Position numbers and translations under genes: made by a program. A stretch of DNA of 64,000 bases from Promethearchaeota archaeon (GTDB lineage: Archaea > Asgardarchaeota > Lokiarchaeia > Sigyniarchaeales > SOKP01), in assembly GCA_016839555.1 (NCBI GenBank), contig JAEOUA010000006.1:160001-224000 (forward strand), given 5' to 3'. Shown piece after piece: positions 21,388 through 31,385 of this stretch; within the stretch, counting starts at the first letter, position 1, and each line of letters starts with the position of its first letter. The notes under the pieces were generated by a model, which was not told the DNA's origin, did not search any database, and was given only the letters and a program-made list of their open reading frames with translations.

Positions 21388-21704
21388 TTAAAATTATTAA
21401 ATTAAGTGGTTTAACCATTAAAGTGAAATCTTACTAAAATTATTAAATAGATAATATGAATATAATATTTAAGTTAAAGGAATTTCAGCTCTTTTAGATA
21501 AAATTAATTTTTGTATATGACCAAACTTTATTATATTTTTTAAAATATTTTAAGAATCTCTCTTAGATTTATTTTTTTTTGAAATAAACTATTTCTCCTC
21601 CTCGAATAATTACGACAAAATTCAGAAAACCTTCACTCTACATAATTTTAAACCTTGAATCAAATAATTCTTTAAAGAAAAAAAACATAGAAAAAAGTGA
21701 TTTT

Positions 21705-24440
21705 TTGAAGAAATATAAAATTGCTGACAAAAGATGTAATATATGTGGAGGTCTTATTTCATGGGATGATTACCCAAATCCAAAATTGCCTATTCATGTT
21801 GATAATAAAGGATATAAAATTGGAGATGGAGATTGCCATTATTATCTAAAAGAGGATTATAATCATTTTTCAACCCAAAAATTTCATAGATTTGGAAGTA
21901 ATGGTAAATTAAATCTTTTTGAGTCATATATACCTCATATAACACGATTTTTAATTGGAAAAATAGATAAGAAAATTAATGTTATAACATATTTAATCAA
22001 AATTCCAGATAAGACTGAAAAAGATGAATTATATAGAAATATAAACAAAATAACAAGATTATTATTCGATAATAATGAAATAATTTCATTTTTTAAAATA
22101 ATTCCTGAGATTTCAGAAGAAGAAAAAAAGAAATTTGTTACCATTAATATTTTAAATAATTTATCCATAAATAATGAGGAACTTCAAAAAATTATTAATA
22201 CCCACTTAAATTCTAACTTAAAAATAGTCAATAGCTCAGAAGAAATAATAAATTTAGAGGATAATCTCGATGAATTAAAAACTTTTTTCGATTCAATTTT
22301 TTATGAACTTAGATTTAAATTTAAGAAAGATAATATTGAACCTTATGTTCGTTATTTCTATGATATTACTGAAGAAAAAATCTTGTTTTATGTAGATATA
22401 GACGTTGGTTATCCTTTAGAAAGTTCAAAGCCAATTTCTAAGGATGAAATAGGAAAAAGAGTCTTAGGAAAAAGTCGGTTTAATATTAATAAAAAATACA
22501 TATTAAGAGAAATTACTACAACTTCTATTTCAGAACACTTAAATTCTGAAGAGTATAGAAATTCTTTTATACCATTTATTCAGAATACATTCTTTAAAGC
22601 AGGAAAACCTAAGAAGCGGAAAGATGGAAAAAATTGGACTATATACGACTTATGGACAGAAATAAATGAAATTAAGCTAGATAGAAATGATAATATAGCA
22701 ATAGTCTCAGTAGGAACAGATTTTCGAGCAAAGAAATTCTTTTTTCCCAAATCAAGATTATTTATTCCTAAACCATACATTCCAGAAAAGACTGAGAGAG
22801 CAAACGATATCCAAAAAGTAAAAGAAGAATTATATAAAATGTTAAAGCAGAGACAAGAGATTTTGGAAAAATTAAAAACTTCACTAAAAATTATTCTTCT
22901 TGAAGAAGTAATTCCCAGATATTATGATCTTATGAAGTTTCCCTTCGAAATTGAGTTTAAAAATAAAATTTTTAATTTACAAAGAAAAGAAGATGACAAA
23001 TATTATTTAAATTATATACCTCAAGAACTATTAAAGTCTGATTATTTACCTCTTGCGGGAAAATTTGAGTTTGCTATTTTGTCAATACTACCCAAAAATC
23101 TTACTAAAAAGGAACAAAACTATTTCGAAAGTTTTGAAGCAAGCCTTAAAGAAGAATTAATTAATTATAATTTAGCTAGTAATGTAAAGATTGAAAATCC
23201 AATTAAATATACATTTAATTCTGAAAGTATCATTAATAATGAAAGAAATGTTTGGGCAGATAATTTTAATAAAGAAATAGCTCCTAAACTAATAAGATAT
23301 AATGAGGAAATTAAAGACTCCTCTAAAATTGTGATCTTATTATTAGGTTTAAAAGAGCTGCATACTGCTTCGAAAATTTTCAAAAGAGAAATGGAGAATT
23401 ATTTTTATAATTTATTAAAATCCAAGTTAAGTTCTTTACACTTCAGTGTCGTTCAAGGAATAAAATATGATAAAAAGAGTCCAAAAACAAAGTCACAAAA
23501 GGCAACTATGTTTTATAGAAATTGCCTCCAAAATATAGCAGCTAATAATCCAAAAAGTGATATAGCTAAAAAAATAAGGAAAGGACTTATTTTTACAAAA
23601 AAGAGACCTTTTGGAACTTTAGAAATGGAAAAAATTGAAGAATCTGTGGATATGATCGCTGGATTCGATGCCTCAAAAGCTGAGCATGCAGAATTTTCTA
23701 CTCCAAGAGGAGCCACTATTACTATGATAGATCCTTACGGAAGGCAAATAAAAACAGGTTATATTGAAAATGCTCTTACTAATGCGGGAGTGATAAGTGA
23801 AAAAGCTGTACGAGATATAATTATTGATACTTTAAATATTCAGAAAAATTTACTAAGGGAGAGTTATGAGAGTTCAAATAAAAATGTTAAAAAAAATACA
23901 TTAGATTATTTTATTTATAAAAATCCAGATATTCAAAAAAAGATTTTATTTGTTTATGACGGAAAATTCTACCAAAAACAAATTTCCTCTTTTATTACGA
24001 TTTATAGAGAATTGAAAAAGAAATATTCAATAATGCCTGAAATTTATTTATTTGAAATTTTAAAATCTCATCCGATTAGAAATTATTTATACAAAGATAA
24101 TAAGGTTGAAAATATTCCATTCGGAACTTTAGCTATTTTGAATGAAAAAGAAATACTTCTAACTAGCCATATTTTACCTAATAAAAAATATATGGTTAAT
24201 TCTTGCCTTTATAGATTTAAAATGTTACTTACTAATAAAGAACAAACCGATGTAGTTTATCAGATTACAGAAAAAGAGCTTTTAAAGGTTGGAATAAAAT
24301 TATTTCAAACCTCCTTATTCAACACAGGAAAAAGTGGTAGGCCTCTCAAAGAAACAAAAGTAATACATGAAAGTCATAAATTGTCTAAAGAATATTCTGA
24401 AAAACCCGATTCTATTGGAATTTTACATTACAAGGATTAA
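21705..24440 (+). CDS. ago: Long prokaryotic (Asgard-type) Argonaute, N-PAZ-MID-PIWI, with N-terminal Zn-binding extension
   Basis: PIWI: IAGFDAS (D655), ILFVYDGKF (D752), LFEILKSHP, IPFGTL, RPLKETKVIHESHKL (H891). MID: Y568/K572/Q584. PAZ-like region ending FFFPKSRL. Length 911 aa. Confidence 0.85.
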   Translation: MKKYKIADKRCNICGGLISWDDYPNPKLPIHVDNKGYKIGDGDCHYYLKEDYNHFSTQKFHRFGSNGKLNLFESYIPHITRFLIGKIDKKINVITYLIKIPDKTEKDELYRNINKITRLLFDNNEIISFFKIIPEISEEEKKKFVTINILNNLSINNEELQKIINTHLNSNLKIVNSSEEIINLEDNLDELKTFFDSIFYELRFKFKKDNIEPYVRYFYDITEEKILFYVDIDVGYPLESSKPISKDEIGKRVLGKSRFNINKKYILREITTTSISEHLNSEEYRNSFIPFIQNTFFKAGKPKKRKDGKNWTIYDLWTEINEIKLDRNDNIAIVSVGTDFRAKKFFFPKSRLFIPKPYIPEKTERANDIQKVKEELYKMLKQRQEILEKLKTSLKIILLEEVIPRYYDLMKFPFEIEFKNKIFNLQRKEDDKYYLNYIPQELLKSDYLPLAGKFEFAILSILPKNLTKKEQNYFESFEASLKEELINYNLASNVKIENPIKYTFNSESIINNERNVWADNFNKEIAPKLIRYNEEIKDSSKIVILLLGLKELHTASKIFKREMENYFYNLLKSKLSSLHFSVVQGIKYDKKSPKTKSQKATMFYRNCLQNIAANNPKSDIAKKIRKGLIFTKKRPFGTLEMEKIEESVDMIAGFDASKAEHAEFSTPRGATITMIDPYGRQIKTGYIENALTNAGVISEKAVRDIIIDTLNIQKNLLRESYESSNKNVKKNTLDYFIYKNPDIQKKILFVYDGKFYQKQISSFITIYRELKKKYSIMPEIYLFEILKSHPIRNYLYKDNKVENIPFGTLAILNEKEILLTSHILPNKKYMVNSCLYRFKMLLTNKEQTDVVYQITEKELLKVGIKLFQTSLFNTGKSGRPLKETKVIHESHKLSKEYSEKPDSIGILHYKD

Positions 24441-24470
24441 GCGTCTTTTAAAAAACAAATTTAGAGATAA

Positions 24471-24740
24471 ATGGAACGAAAAGATTTTGAAAAGAGAAAA
24501 AGGATAGTAATTAAGAATGGTTTGAGTAATATAAAAGCTTTAAAGGAAACTTTTGAAAAATTAAGAGAAATAAACTGGTATGAAAATTGGGAATATCCCA
24601 ATGAATATAGAAAGGTTAATGGTACTAAACTTGATCCAATAGACATAGATCATTTATTTGATAAAATAGAATTAATAATATTCGAACTCACAAAATTTCC
24701 ACGAAAACTTAGATTATTATGGGAAGTAGGATTAAAATAA
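24471..24740 (+). CDS. Small hypothetical protein downstream of Argonaute
   Basis: 89-aa ORF 30 nt after the Ago stop, same strand. Confidence 0.55.
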   Translation: MERKDFEKRKRIVIKNGLSNIKALKETFEKLREINWYENWEYPNEYRKVNGTKLDPIDIDHLFDKIELIIFELTKFPRKLRLLWEVGLK

Positions 24741-24827
24741 GTATAATATTAATCTCCTTTATCTATTACCTTTAGAGAATAATTTTTAAAATAGTTGAGT
24801 CTGATCTAAACCAATTTTTTAATATTA

Positions 24828-25082
24828 TTAAAAATCAGTAATTTTTTTTCCAATTTTAAAATATGAGATAAGCCACCCCAGATTATAAGATACACGTTGA
24901 AGGATATGTAAAATAATAAATGTAATTCTTTTTTTTAATGAAAACTCATTAGAGCTATAAAGGCACCAATGATATTTGAGATTTTTTGTAATTTCTCTAA
25001 GCCTTAAAGGTGGTCTTAGAGATTCATAATTCAAATTATTATAATTAGTTTCTGATGGATTATTAAAATTGAAAAATGTCAT
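24828..25082 (-). CDS. Small hypothetical protein resembling the C-terminal membrane-associated tail of GT2 enzymes
   Basis: Hydrophobic segment FIILHILQRVSYNLGW; co-directional with the GT2 gene. Confidence 0.4.
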   Translation of the reverse strand: MTFFNFNNPSETNYNNLNYESLRPPLRLREITKNLKYHWCLYSSNEFSLKKRITFIILHILQRVSYNLGWLISYFKIGKKITDF

Positions 25083-25149
25083 TAATTCAACAAATTGTAT
25101 TTTTAAATTCTAGTTTTAACCAATTTTTTATTTTAATATTTTAATTACT

Positions 25150-25854
25150 TTAAGATTGAATATATTTAAAAACTACTTCATAGCATCCTTTTCCATATCT
25201 ATAGAAAGTTTAGATAAAATCTTGAATTGTTGTTCTATAATTATGTTTAATAATCATATTTTCCTCAAAACCAAAAGAATATCCCAACTTAGCTAATTTA
25301 AAACTGAGACCGTTATCTTCTCCACCTGGATAAATATGAGTTTTATCAAAACCATTCACTCTTATTAATAAGTTTCTCCTATAGCAAGCATTCGCAGTAA
25401 CTAAGTATTGAAGCTGGACTGGAGGTTCTAAAATCCTATGGAAGGTATAATATTGACTTATTTTCCCATTTTTAACTGGAAGTACCTTTCCACCTATTCC
25501 TGCTATACTATTATTAATCCAGTAATTAGAATTTCTTATTGAATGAATCCAATTAGGATCAACTATACAATCATCATCAGTAAAAGCGATGTAATCGCTA
25601 TTTGATAATTTTATTCCGATATTTCGCGAAGCCCCTGGACCTATAGGGAAAGGATTTTCACATACAATTGGAACGAATTCATGGCGCTTTCTCCTCCATA
25701 GATTTAGAATCCTGCTTGTATTATTGCTTGATCCATCATTAATAACAATAATTTCATTTGGTTGTTCCTTTAAATTTTTAAATGATTTTAAGAGATTAAC
25801 TAATTTTTTGACTCTGTTATGAGTTGGAACAACAATTGATATTGATGTAATCAT
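25150..25854 (-). pseudogene. Family 2 glycosyltransferase with a premature stop near the C-terminus
   Basis: ISIVVPTHNR, INDGS, FTDDDC, GGEDNGL. The TAA at 25210-25212 is followed in frame by TFYRYGKGCYEVV (a typical GT2 YG.G motif) up to TAA 25150. Confidence 0.75.
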
Positions 25855-25894
25855 TCTAAATTCCCTCCATCTACATATTAGAAATTAACATTTA

Positions 25895-27139
25895 TTAATC
25901 CTTAAGCATAATTTTATTTTCATCAACTTTTTTTAGAAATTCTATCAAAATTCTATAGCAATTCCAGAGGTTTTGAAAATCCAATTTATCGATGGTATCA
26001 TCTGTGGTGTGATAGTGTGTCGCAAATCCTTCTTTTGGCGACCCTACGAGTGAGCAACACGTAATATTATTTCGCGAATATGCCATAGAATCTGTGTAGC
26101 CCGAAACATTACCTATTGTATGTGAAACATCTAAATCTGTCGCGATTTTGGACAGTTCTTCGCCGAGGGTTCGGGAAAGAGGAACTAATGAGTATAATTC
26201 TCTAATATCTATTTTCTGAGTAGAATCCCTGCCACCGACCATATCAATATTAACCACAAGTGCATCTTTCAATTCAGCAAAATGTTTTTTGGAAAAGCGT
26301 TTACTCCCTCGATCTCCAATCTCCTCACAGCCATGTGAAACTAGCCAAACTTCTGTAGTTTCTAATCCTCCTAAGGTGTTCAAGTGCTTCGCAAGTTCAA
26401 AAATAATAGCGATAGATGTTAAATTGTCATCTGCGCCCATAACCGGTGTATGTGAAACGCATTTAATTATTGTATAAATGAGGAGAGGGATTAGAGCCGT
26501 CAAAATTAAAAGGAGACTTAAATCAACTGCGGGGACAAATAGGAACGAAATTTCAAATACATATAGTATTATTTTCAAGATGTAAATTCCAAGCAAAAGA
26601 AAGCTCAACATAACTGGGATTCCCATTATTGTAGTGAAACGCTTCGGCCACCGTTTTAGAATTGGAAATTCCCAATTAGAATCATGATGCCCTCCGATTA
26701 AAACGGTGTGTTTAACTGCTTTTTTTGGTGTAAATCTCCCATATACATTAGTGGATTCTTTTGTTTTAAAAAGCGGATCGATGAATTCGATATTGCGCAA
26801 TAGATTTGTTTGAATAACGATGAATGAGATCACCATCAATATCAATGAAAATAATAGAGGGATGAGATTAGGATAAAAAAAGTAAATCCAATATAAGACG
26901 GTAGTAAGTATTATATTTACCATTGAAATACGATATGTAGCTCGATAGGAGCCTGGATGGCAATAAAAATGTTCTATAGTTGCATCATCAGTATACTTTT
27001 TAAAGGTTTCTAAGATAAATGTGGCGCATTCTGCTTCTTGGATACTACATGGCGGTCTGGGACCAATCGTATCACATATGATTTGGATTGTGTTTTGCAT
27101 TGAATCTTTAATCTCTTCTTTTCCATTCAAAAGATACAT
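25895..27139 (-). CDS. M28-family membrane metallopeptidase (copy 1)
   Basis: GGHHDS, GADDN, GCEEIG, NIDMVG, YHTTDD; four TM segments. The true start is probably TTG 27130 after GGAGG. Confidence 0.85.
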   Translation of the reverse strand: MYLLNGKEEIKDSMQNTIQIICDTIGPRPPCSIQEAECATFILETFKKYTDDATIEHFYCHPGSYRATYRISMVNIILTTVLYWIYFFYPNLIPLLFSLILMVISFIVIQTNLLRNIEFIDPLFKTKESTNVYGRFTPKKAVKHTVLIGGHHDSNWEFPILKRWPKRFTTIMGIPVMLSFLLLGIYILKIILYVFEISFLFVPAVDLSLLLILTALIPLLIYTIIKCVSHTPVMGADDNLTSIAIIFELAKHLNTLGGLETTEVWLVSHGCEEIGDRGSKRFSKKHFAELKDALVVNIDMVGGRDSTQKIDIRELYSLVPLSRTLGEELSKIATDLDVSHTIGNVSGYTDSMAYSRNNITCCSLVGSPKEGFATHYHTTDDTIDKLDFQNLWNCYRILIEFLKKVDENKIMLKD

Positions 27140-27301
27140 CCTCCAGTTTAAATTAATTAAAAAATGACATATAATCTAGTAAATTTTAAACGATAAAATT
27201 ATTATATTTCTTAGATTTGTTAAAGAAATTAGTACTGAAAAAAATTAATTATTTAATTAATTTAATTATTAAATTTATATCAAATAATTTAGGTTATTAA
27301 A

Positions 27302-28099
27302 TTGAAAAAAATTCAATCGAATACTTTAATTTCCCCAGAAAAGATAAGAAAAATTGCTCTCTTAGTAAGTGGAGAAGATCCTGATTTAGTTTTACATATT
27401 TTAAATAAGGAATTAGAATTAGAGGAGATTTCAAAATCAAGGGGATTTCATACTTATGATTGCAATTTTAGAGATAAAGATACTCCATTTACTTTAATGA
27501 TCACTGGAATAGGACCATCATGTACTGAAATTGCATTTACCGAATTAGCAATTTGTGGAACAAGAATTTTTTTGAGAGCCGGCACAAGCGGAGGGTTATT
27601 AGATATTATTGAAGTCGGGAATATTGTTATAACTTCAGAAGCATTATGTTATGATGGTGTTAGCAATTTATATCTGAAGAATAAGAAGAAAGTAATTGCC
27701 GACAAGGAAGTAGTAAAAAAAATAGTTAAATCGGCTAAGAATTTAGGTATAAAATATTTAAAGGGGACAACCCTTACGACTTCGGCGTTTTATGCTATGG
27801 GAGCAAAAAAGCAGAATGGAGAAATATTATATGCAGGATACTCTTCTGCTCCTAAGAAATTTACACCTAATGGATTTGAGAAATTAAAGGAAATATTAGA
27901 AAATAAGGAAATTATTAATATAGATATGGAAACTGCAACATTATTAATGCTTTCTGAAATCTATGGAATGAAAGCAGGATCCATAACGGGAATTTCAAAT
28001 AAAATACCCTGGAAAGAGAATGAACAAATTAAATTCACAAATCTGAGTTTAAAAAATTCCTTAATTGTTGCAATAAATACAATTAATTATTTTTATTAA
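27302..28099 (+). CDS. Nucleoside phosphorylase (uridine/purine phosphorylase family)
   Basis: TGIGPSCTEIAFTEL, LRAGTSGGL, TTSAFY, IDMETA. Confidence 0.85.
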   Translation: MKKIQSNTLISPEKIRKIALLVSGEDPDLVLHILNKELELEEISKSRGFHTYDCNFRDKDTPFTLMITGIGPSCTEIAFTELAICGTRIFLRAGTSGGLLDIIEVGNIVITSEALCYDGVSNLYLKNKKKVIADKEVVKKIVKSAKNLGIKYLKGTTLTTSAFYAMGAKKQNGEILYAGYSSAPKKFTPNGFEKLKEILENKEIINIDMETATLLMLSEIYGMKAGSITGISNKIPWKENEQIKFTNLSLKNSLIVAINTINYFY

Positions 28100-28149
28100 A
28101 AATTCATTATAAAATAAGAAGGTGAATAAAAATTTCAAATGAAATTGAA

Positions 28150-29484
28150 GTGAATCTAACAAAATTCACATTTCTTAAACCTTATATAGACAAATGTTTA
28201 AACTATTTAAAAGATAATTGGAGGAAAAATGGTGATTGGGGTTGTCCTGGAGATAATCCAGATTCTGAGAGTAATACTTGGAGTACAGCAAGTATTCTCT
28301 ATTTATTTTTAACCATGGAAACGGTTGGAAAGGAATTTGCTACAAATGCAATAAAATGGCTTTTAAATTGTCAAAATGATAACGGTAGTTTTCCAGTTCT
28401 TAAGAAAAATAAAAATAAAGATAAAGAATTCATAATACCCTCTTCATTTGCTATGTTAACATATTATGTATATCTAAGAAAAAATCCCAATGATGAATTA
28501 AATAAAGAAATCGAGTCAGGTTTTAATAAAGTTCTTAATTATATTCTTGATAACAAAGAAGTAATTAAAACAGAATTGGGTTATGAAATGTATTCATGGC
28601 GTTTTCAAAATATAGAAAAAAAAAGCGGTACTATTGAGACTGCTATTGTTTTAATGCATCTTCATAAAATTTTGGATTATGAATTTAAAGAGGAAAAGAA
28701 AAAAGAAATTATAAAAGTTATAGAAGGGGGAATAAATTGGTTTTTAAATGCATTTAACTCTAAATGGGGTAGAGATCCTAATGATAATAAAAGAAAAGAG
28801 TGTCCAACGGCGTATGTGCTTATGGTTTTAAATGAATGTAATATAAATTCAAATGAAATTAGTGAGGCAATAAATTTCCTTAAAAGTAGACAAAAGAATG
28901 ATGGTTCTTGGGGCCCATATTTTGAATATAAGAAGCAGACAGGAATGGGATTAGGAACTGAAGTAGTAGCATTTTATTTTTCTACTCCTATTATAATTAA
29001 AGCATTATTTTCTAATGATAAGAAAAAATTAGATAACACAAAAATTAAATCTATTGTTTGGTTAATAGAAAACATGAAAAAAGGGTATGTTACTCATGAT
29101 GTAAATCCAGAGATTTTAATATGGACAACTAGAGATTCCATTTTTTCTGCAAGAGTAGTCCAAAGAATTTCAAATATTTCATGGTTAAATAAAATAGCAG
29201 ATAATTATTCTAATTTAGAATATAACAATAAAGAATTAAAAGAAGAAAATGAAAGATATAAAAAGAGGATGATTAATCTTGTAAATGAAGGAATCAAGAA
29301 TAAATATAATCCCCTAATAAATTCCATAATTTTTATCACAACAGTAATGGGATTATTAATAATAACTTTTATAGTTCTAGTATTTCATGAAATGTTTCCA
29401 GCTCAATCAATTCCTTTGTGTTATACAATAGGTATAGCGATAATCTCAATAATTAATAAAATATTATGGGATAAAAAAATATAA
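28150..29484 (+). CDS. Prenyltransferase/squalene-cyclase repeat (QW-motif alpha/alpha barrel) protein with C-terminal coiled coil and two TM helices
   Basis: WLLNCQNDNGSF, FLKSRQKNDGSW, WRKNGDWG; hydrophobic C-terminus. Confidence 0.7.
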   Translation: MNLTKFTFLKPYIDKCLNYLKDNWRKNGDWGCPGDNPDSESNTWSTASILYLFLTMETVGKEFATNAIKWLLNCQNDNGSFPVLKKNKNKDKEFIIPSSFAMLTYYVYLRKNPNDELNKEIESGFNKVLNYILDNKEVIKTELGYEMYSWRFQNIEKKSGTIETAIVLMHLHKILDYEFKEEKKKEIIKVIEGGINWFLNAFNSKWGRDPNDNKRKECPTAYVLMVLNECNINSNEISEAINFLKSRQKNDGSWGPYFEYKKQTGMGLGTEVVAFYFSTPIIIKALFSNDKKKLDNTKIKSIVWLIENMKKGYVTHDVNPEILIWTTRDSIFSARVVQRISNISWLNKIADNYSNLEYNNKELKEENERYKKRMINLVNEGIKNKYNPLINSIIFITTVMGLLIITFIVLVFHEMFPAQSIPLCYTIGIAIISIINKILWDKKI

Positions 29485-29822
29485 TAGAATTAAATAAAAA
29501 ATACTATTTTACATTAGATTTAGAAAGTTGGATAAATATATATCATTTTAATAACTACCGATAAATTTAGATCTAAATTATCTTCATAGTCTTTTTAATC
29601 TTTCTTTTTTAATAAAAAATCTATTTCTAAAAAGGTTAAAACCATTTATTGTGAAAGGGAGTGAAATAAGAACAAAAAAGATATAAAATTTTAGATTATA
29701 GTTTAGCGAGCCAATCTTTCAAATTTATAAAAAAAAAGTTATTTTATTTAAGATTCATTAATTTTGAAATGAACTAGGTGACTTAAAAATACAATCAGAA
29801 AATGTATTTTGCTATTAATTCA

Positions 29823-31337
29823 TTATGGAATAGGATTCTCAGCCTCAGGGAGTAAAATGATGAAATTACATCCTTTTGTATGATCTCCCTTTACCCTGTC
29901 TTCCAACCATATTTTACCTTTAAAGAGATCAATAATTCTTTTCACGAGTGACAGCCCTAAGCCCATTCCGTCAAGACTTCTCTTAAAGGAAAAGTCTCCC
30001 TGAAATAAGGTTTCTTTTCTGCTATCCTCAATACCTATCCCGTTATCTATGAATTCCATTTTTATGTAGTGTGTATTTTTTATGTGTTCTCGAGTAATCT
30101 TTATAAGGATCTCTAATGGCATATCTTCATTATGTTTAATTGCATTGAATAAGAGGTTCTCAAACACTTCTCCTAAAAGATCATTAGCATAGGCATACAT
30201 ATATTCCTTTGTAGATTCAATTTTGATGGATAAGTCTCTGTTTTGATAAAGTTTCTTTACTTGTGCGACTTTTTTTTCTAAAAGAGGGTTAATTTCAAAT
30301 TTTTCAGTTATTATTTCTTTATCCTCGAGTTTCGAAAATTTTATTACATTTGAGATCAGTTTTGAACCATTTATAACTTGATTTTCAATTATTTGGAGAG
30401 ATTCCTTGAGTTCCTTAAGTTTATCTGGGGAATTAATAAATCTCTGGCAACTATTAACTCCAATTAAAATGACTTGCAGTATATTATTAATATCGTGGGC
30501 AATTAAATCCATAAGAAAATCAGCTCGATTGTAGGCTTCCTCAAATTTGTTCTTTGATAAGTTGAGTTTTCTAAATAAAAGCTGGACGGGATTTTTAAGA
30601 CCAATCTGAATGATTGCTTTATAAAGAAAATAAAATGCAATGATTTTAAAGATATGACCGATTAAATTGGGGAGTTCATATGCACTTAAATATAAGGTAA
30701 AAGAAAACTCAGATATTATTAAGGCTACGAGAAAGGCATTGATTAAAAAATAAATACTTTTTTTAAACTGTTTTCTGAAATTATGGATTAGAAAAATTGA
30801 AATTATTATGATTACTATTATAATATATTCGCTAATAATTTTAAATGGGGTTAACCCTGCTCCTTCGATAAAAGTATCGGGAAAGACACCAAAGAATATC
30901 ATGCTTATCAAGGCGCTTGTTATTAAAGTATAAATTGCTATTAATATTTTTGGTTTTTGTTTTTTACTGATTGCCCAGATACCTCCCAGTATTGAAAATA
31001 CTTGCAGAAATCTAGCAGCAATCCAAAATTGAGATGCAAGATTAGTATCAGACCCTGCGATAAGGATCATTCCTGGAAAAACTAGTGTATGAATAAAATC
31101 AATGATCGCTACATATATCGAAGAAATACCCAGCACTAAAAAAAAGGAATTATCAATTTCTTTTCGTGTTGTCCAAGCAATCACAAAGATTACGCAAGCT
31201 ATGATTATAGAATAGAACTCGGCGATTGTATGAAAAAGAAGATAATTATGAAGCCGTGTTAAAATAACTCCCATTAGAATTAAACTGACAAGAGCAATCT
31301 CTAAGAAAGCTTTCTTATAAGTGGCAATTTTTCTCAT
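29823..31337 (-). CDS. MASE3-domain membrane sensor histidine kinase
   Basis: YLLFHTIAEFYSIIIA (MASE3-like), H-box LIAHDINN, NLLFNAIKH, DNGIGI, GMGLGL. Confidence 0.88.
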   Translation of the reverse strand: MRKIATYKKAFLEIALVSLILMGVILTRLHNYLLFHTIAEFYSIIIACVIFVIAWTTRKEIDNSFFLVLGISSIYVAIIDFIHTLVFPGMILIAGSDTNLASQFWIAARFLQVFSILGGIWAISKKQKPKILIAIYTLITSALISMIFFGVFPDTFIEGAGLTPFKIISEYIIIVIIIISIFLIHNFRKQFKKSIYFLINAFLVALIISEFSFTLYLSAYELPNLIGHIFKIIAFYFLYKAIIQIGLKNPVQLLFRKLNLSKNKFEEAYNRADFLMDLIAHDINNILQVILIGVNSCQRFINSPDKLKELKESLQIIENQVINGSKLISNVIKFSKLEDKEIITEKFEINPLLEKKVAQVKKLYQNRDLSIKIESTKEYMYAYANDLLGEVFENLLFNAIKHNEDMPLEILIKITREHIKNTHYIKMEFIDNGIGIEDSRKETLFQGDFSFKRSLDGMGLGLSLVKRIIDLFKGKIWLEDRVKGDHTKGCNFIILLPEAENPIP

Positions 31338-31385
31338 TTAAATATTTCTATAAAATGAAAGATAGATTTAATATAGCTCTTTATT

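Noticed and set aside
940-25212. Stop-codon recoding suggested by in-frame stops (TGA 1327-1329, TAA 940-942, TAA 25210-25212)
   Set aside because: Different codons are involved, and TAA, TAG and TGA all end intact genes in the window. Gene decay or sequence error is the simpler explanation.
28150-29484. Squalene-hopene cyclase
   Set aside because: Too short for the two-domain enzyme and no DxDD motif; only QW repeats are present.
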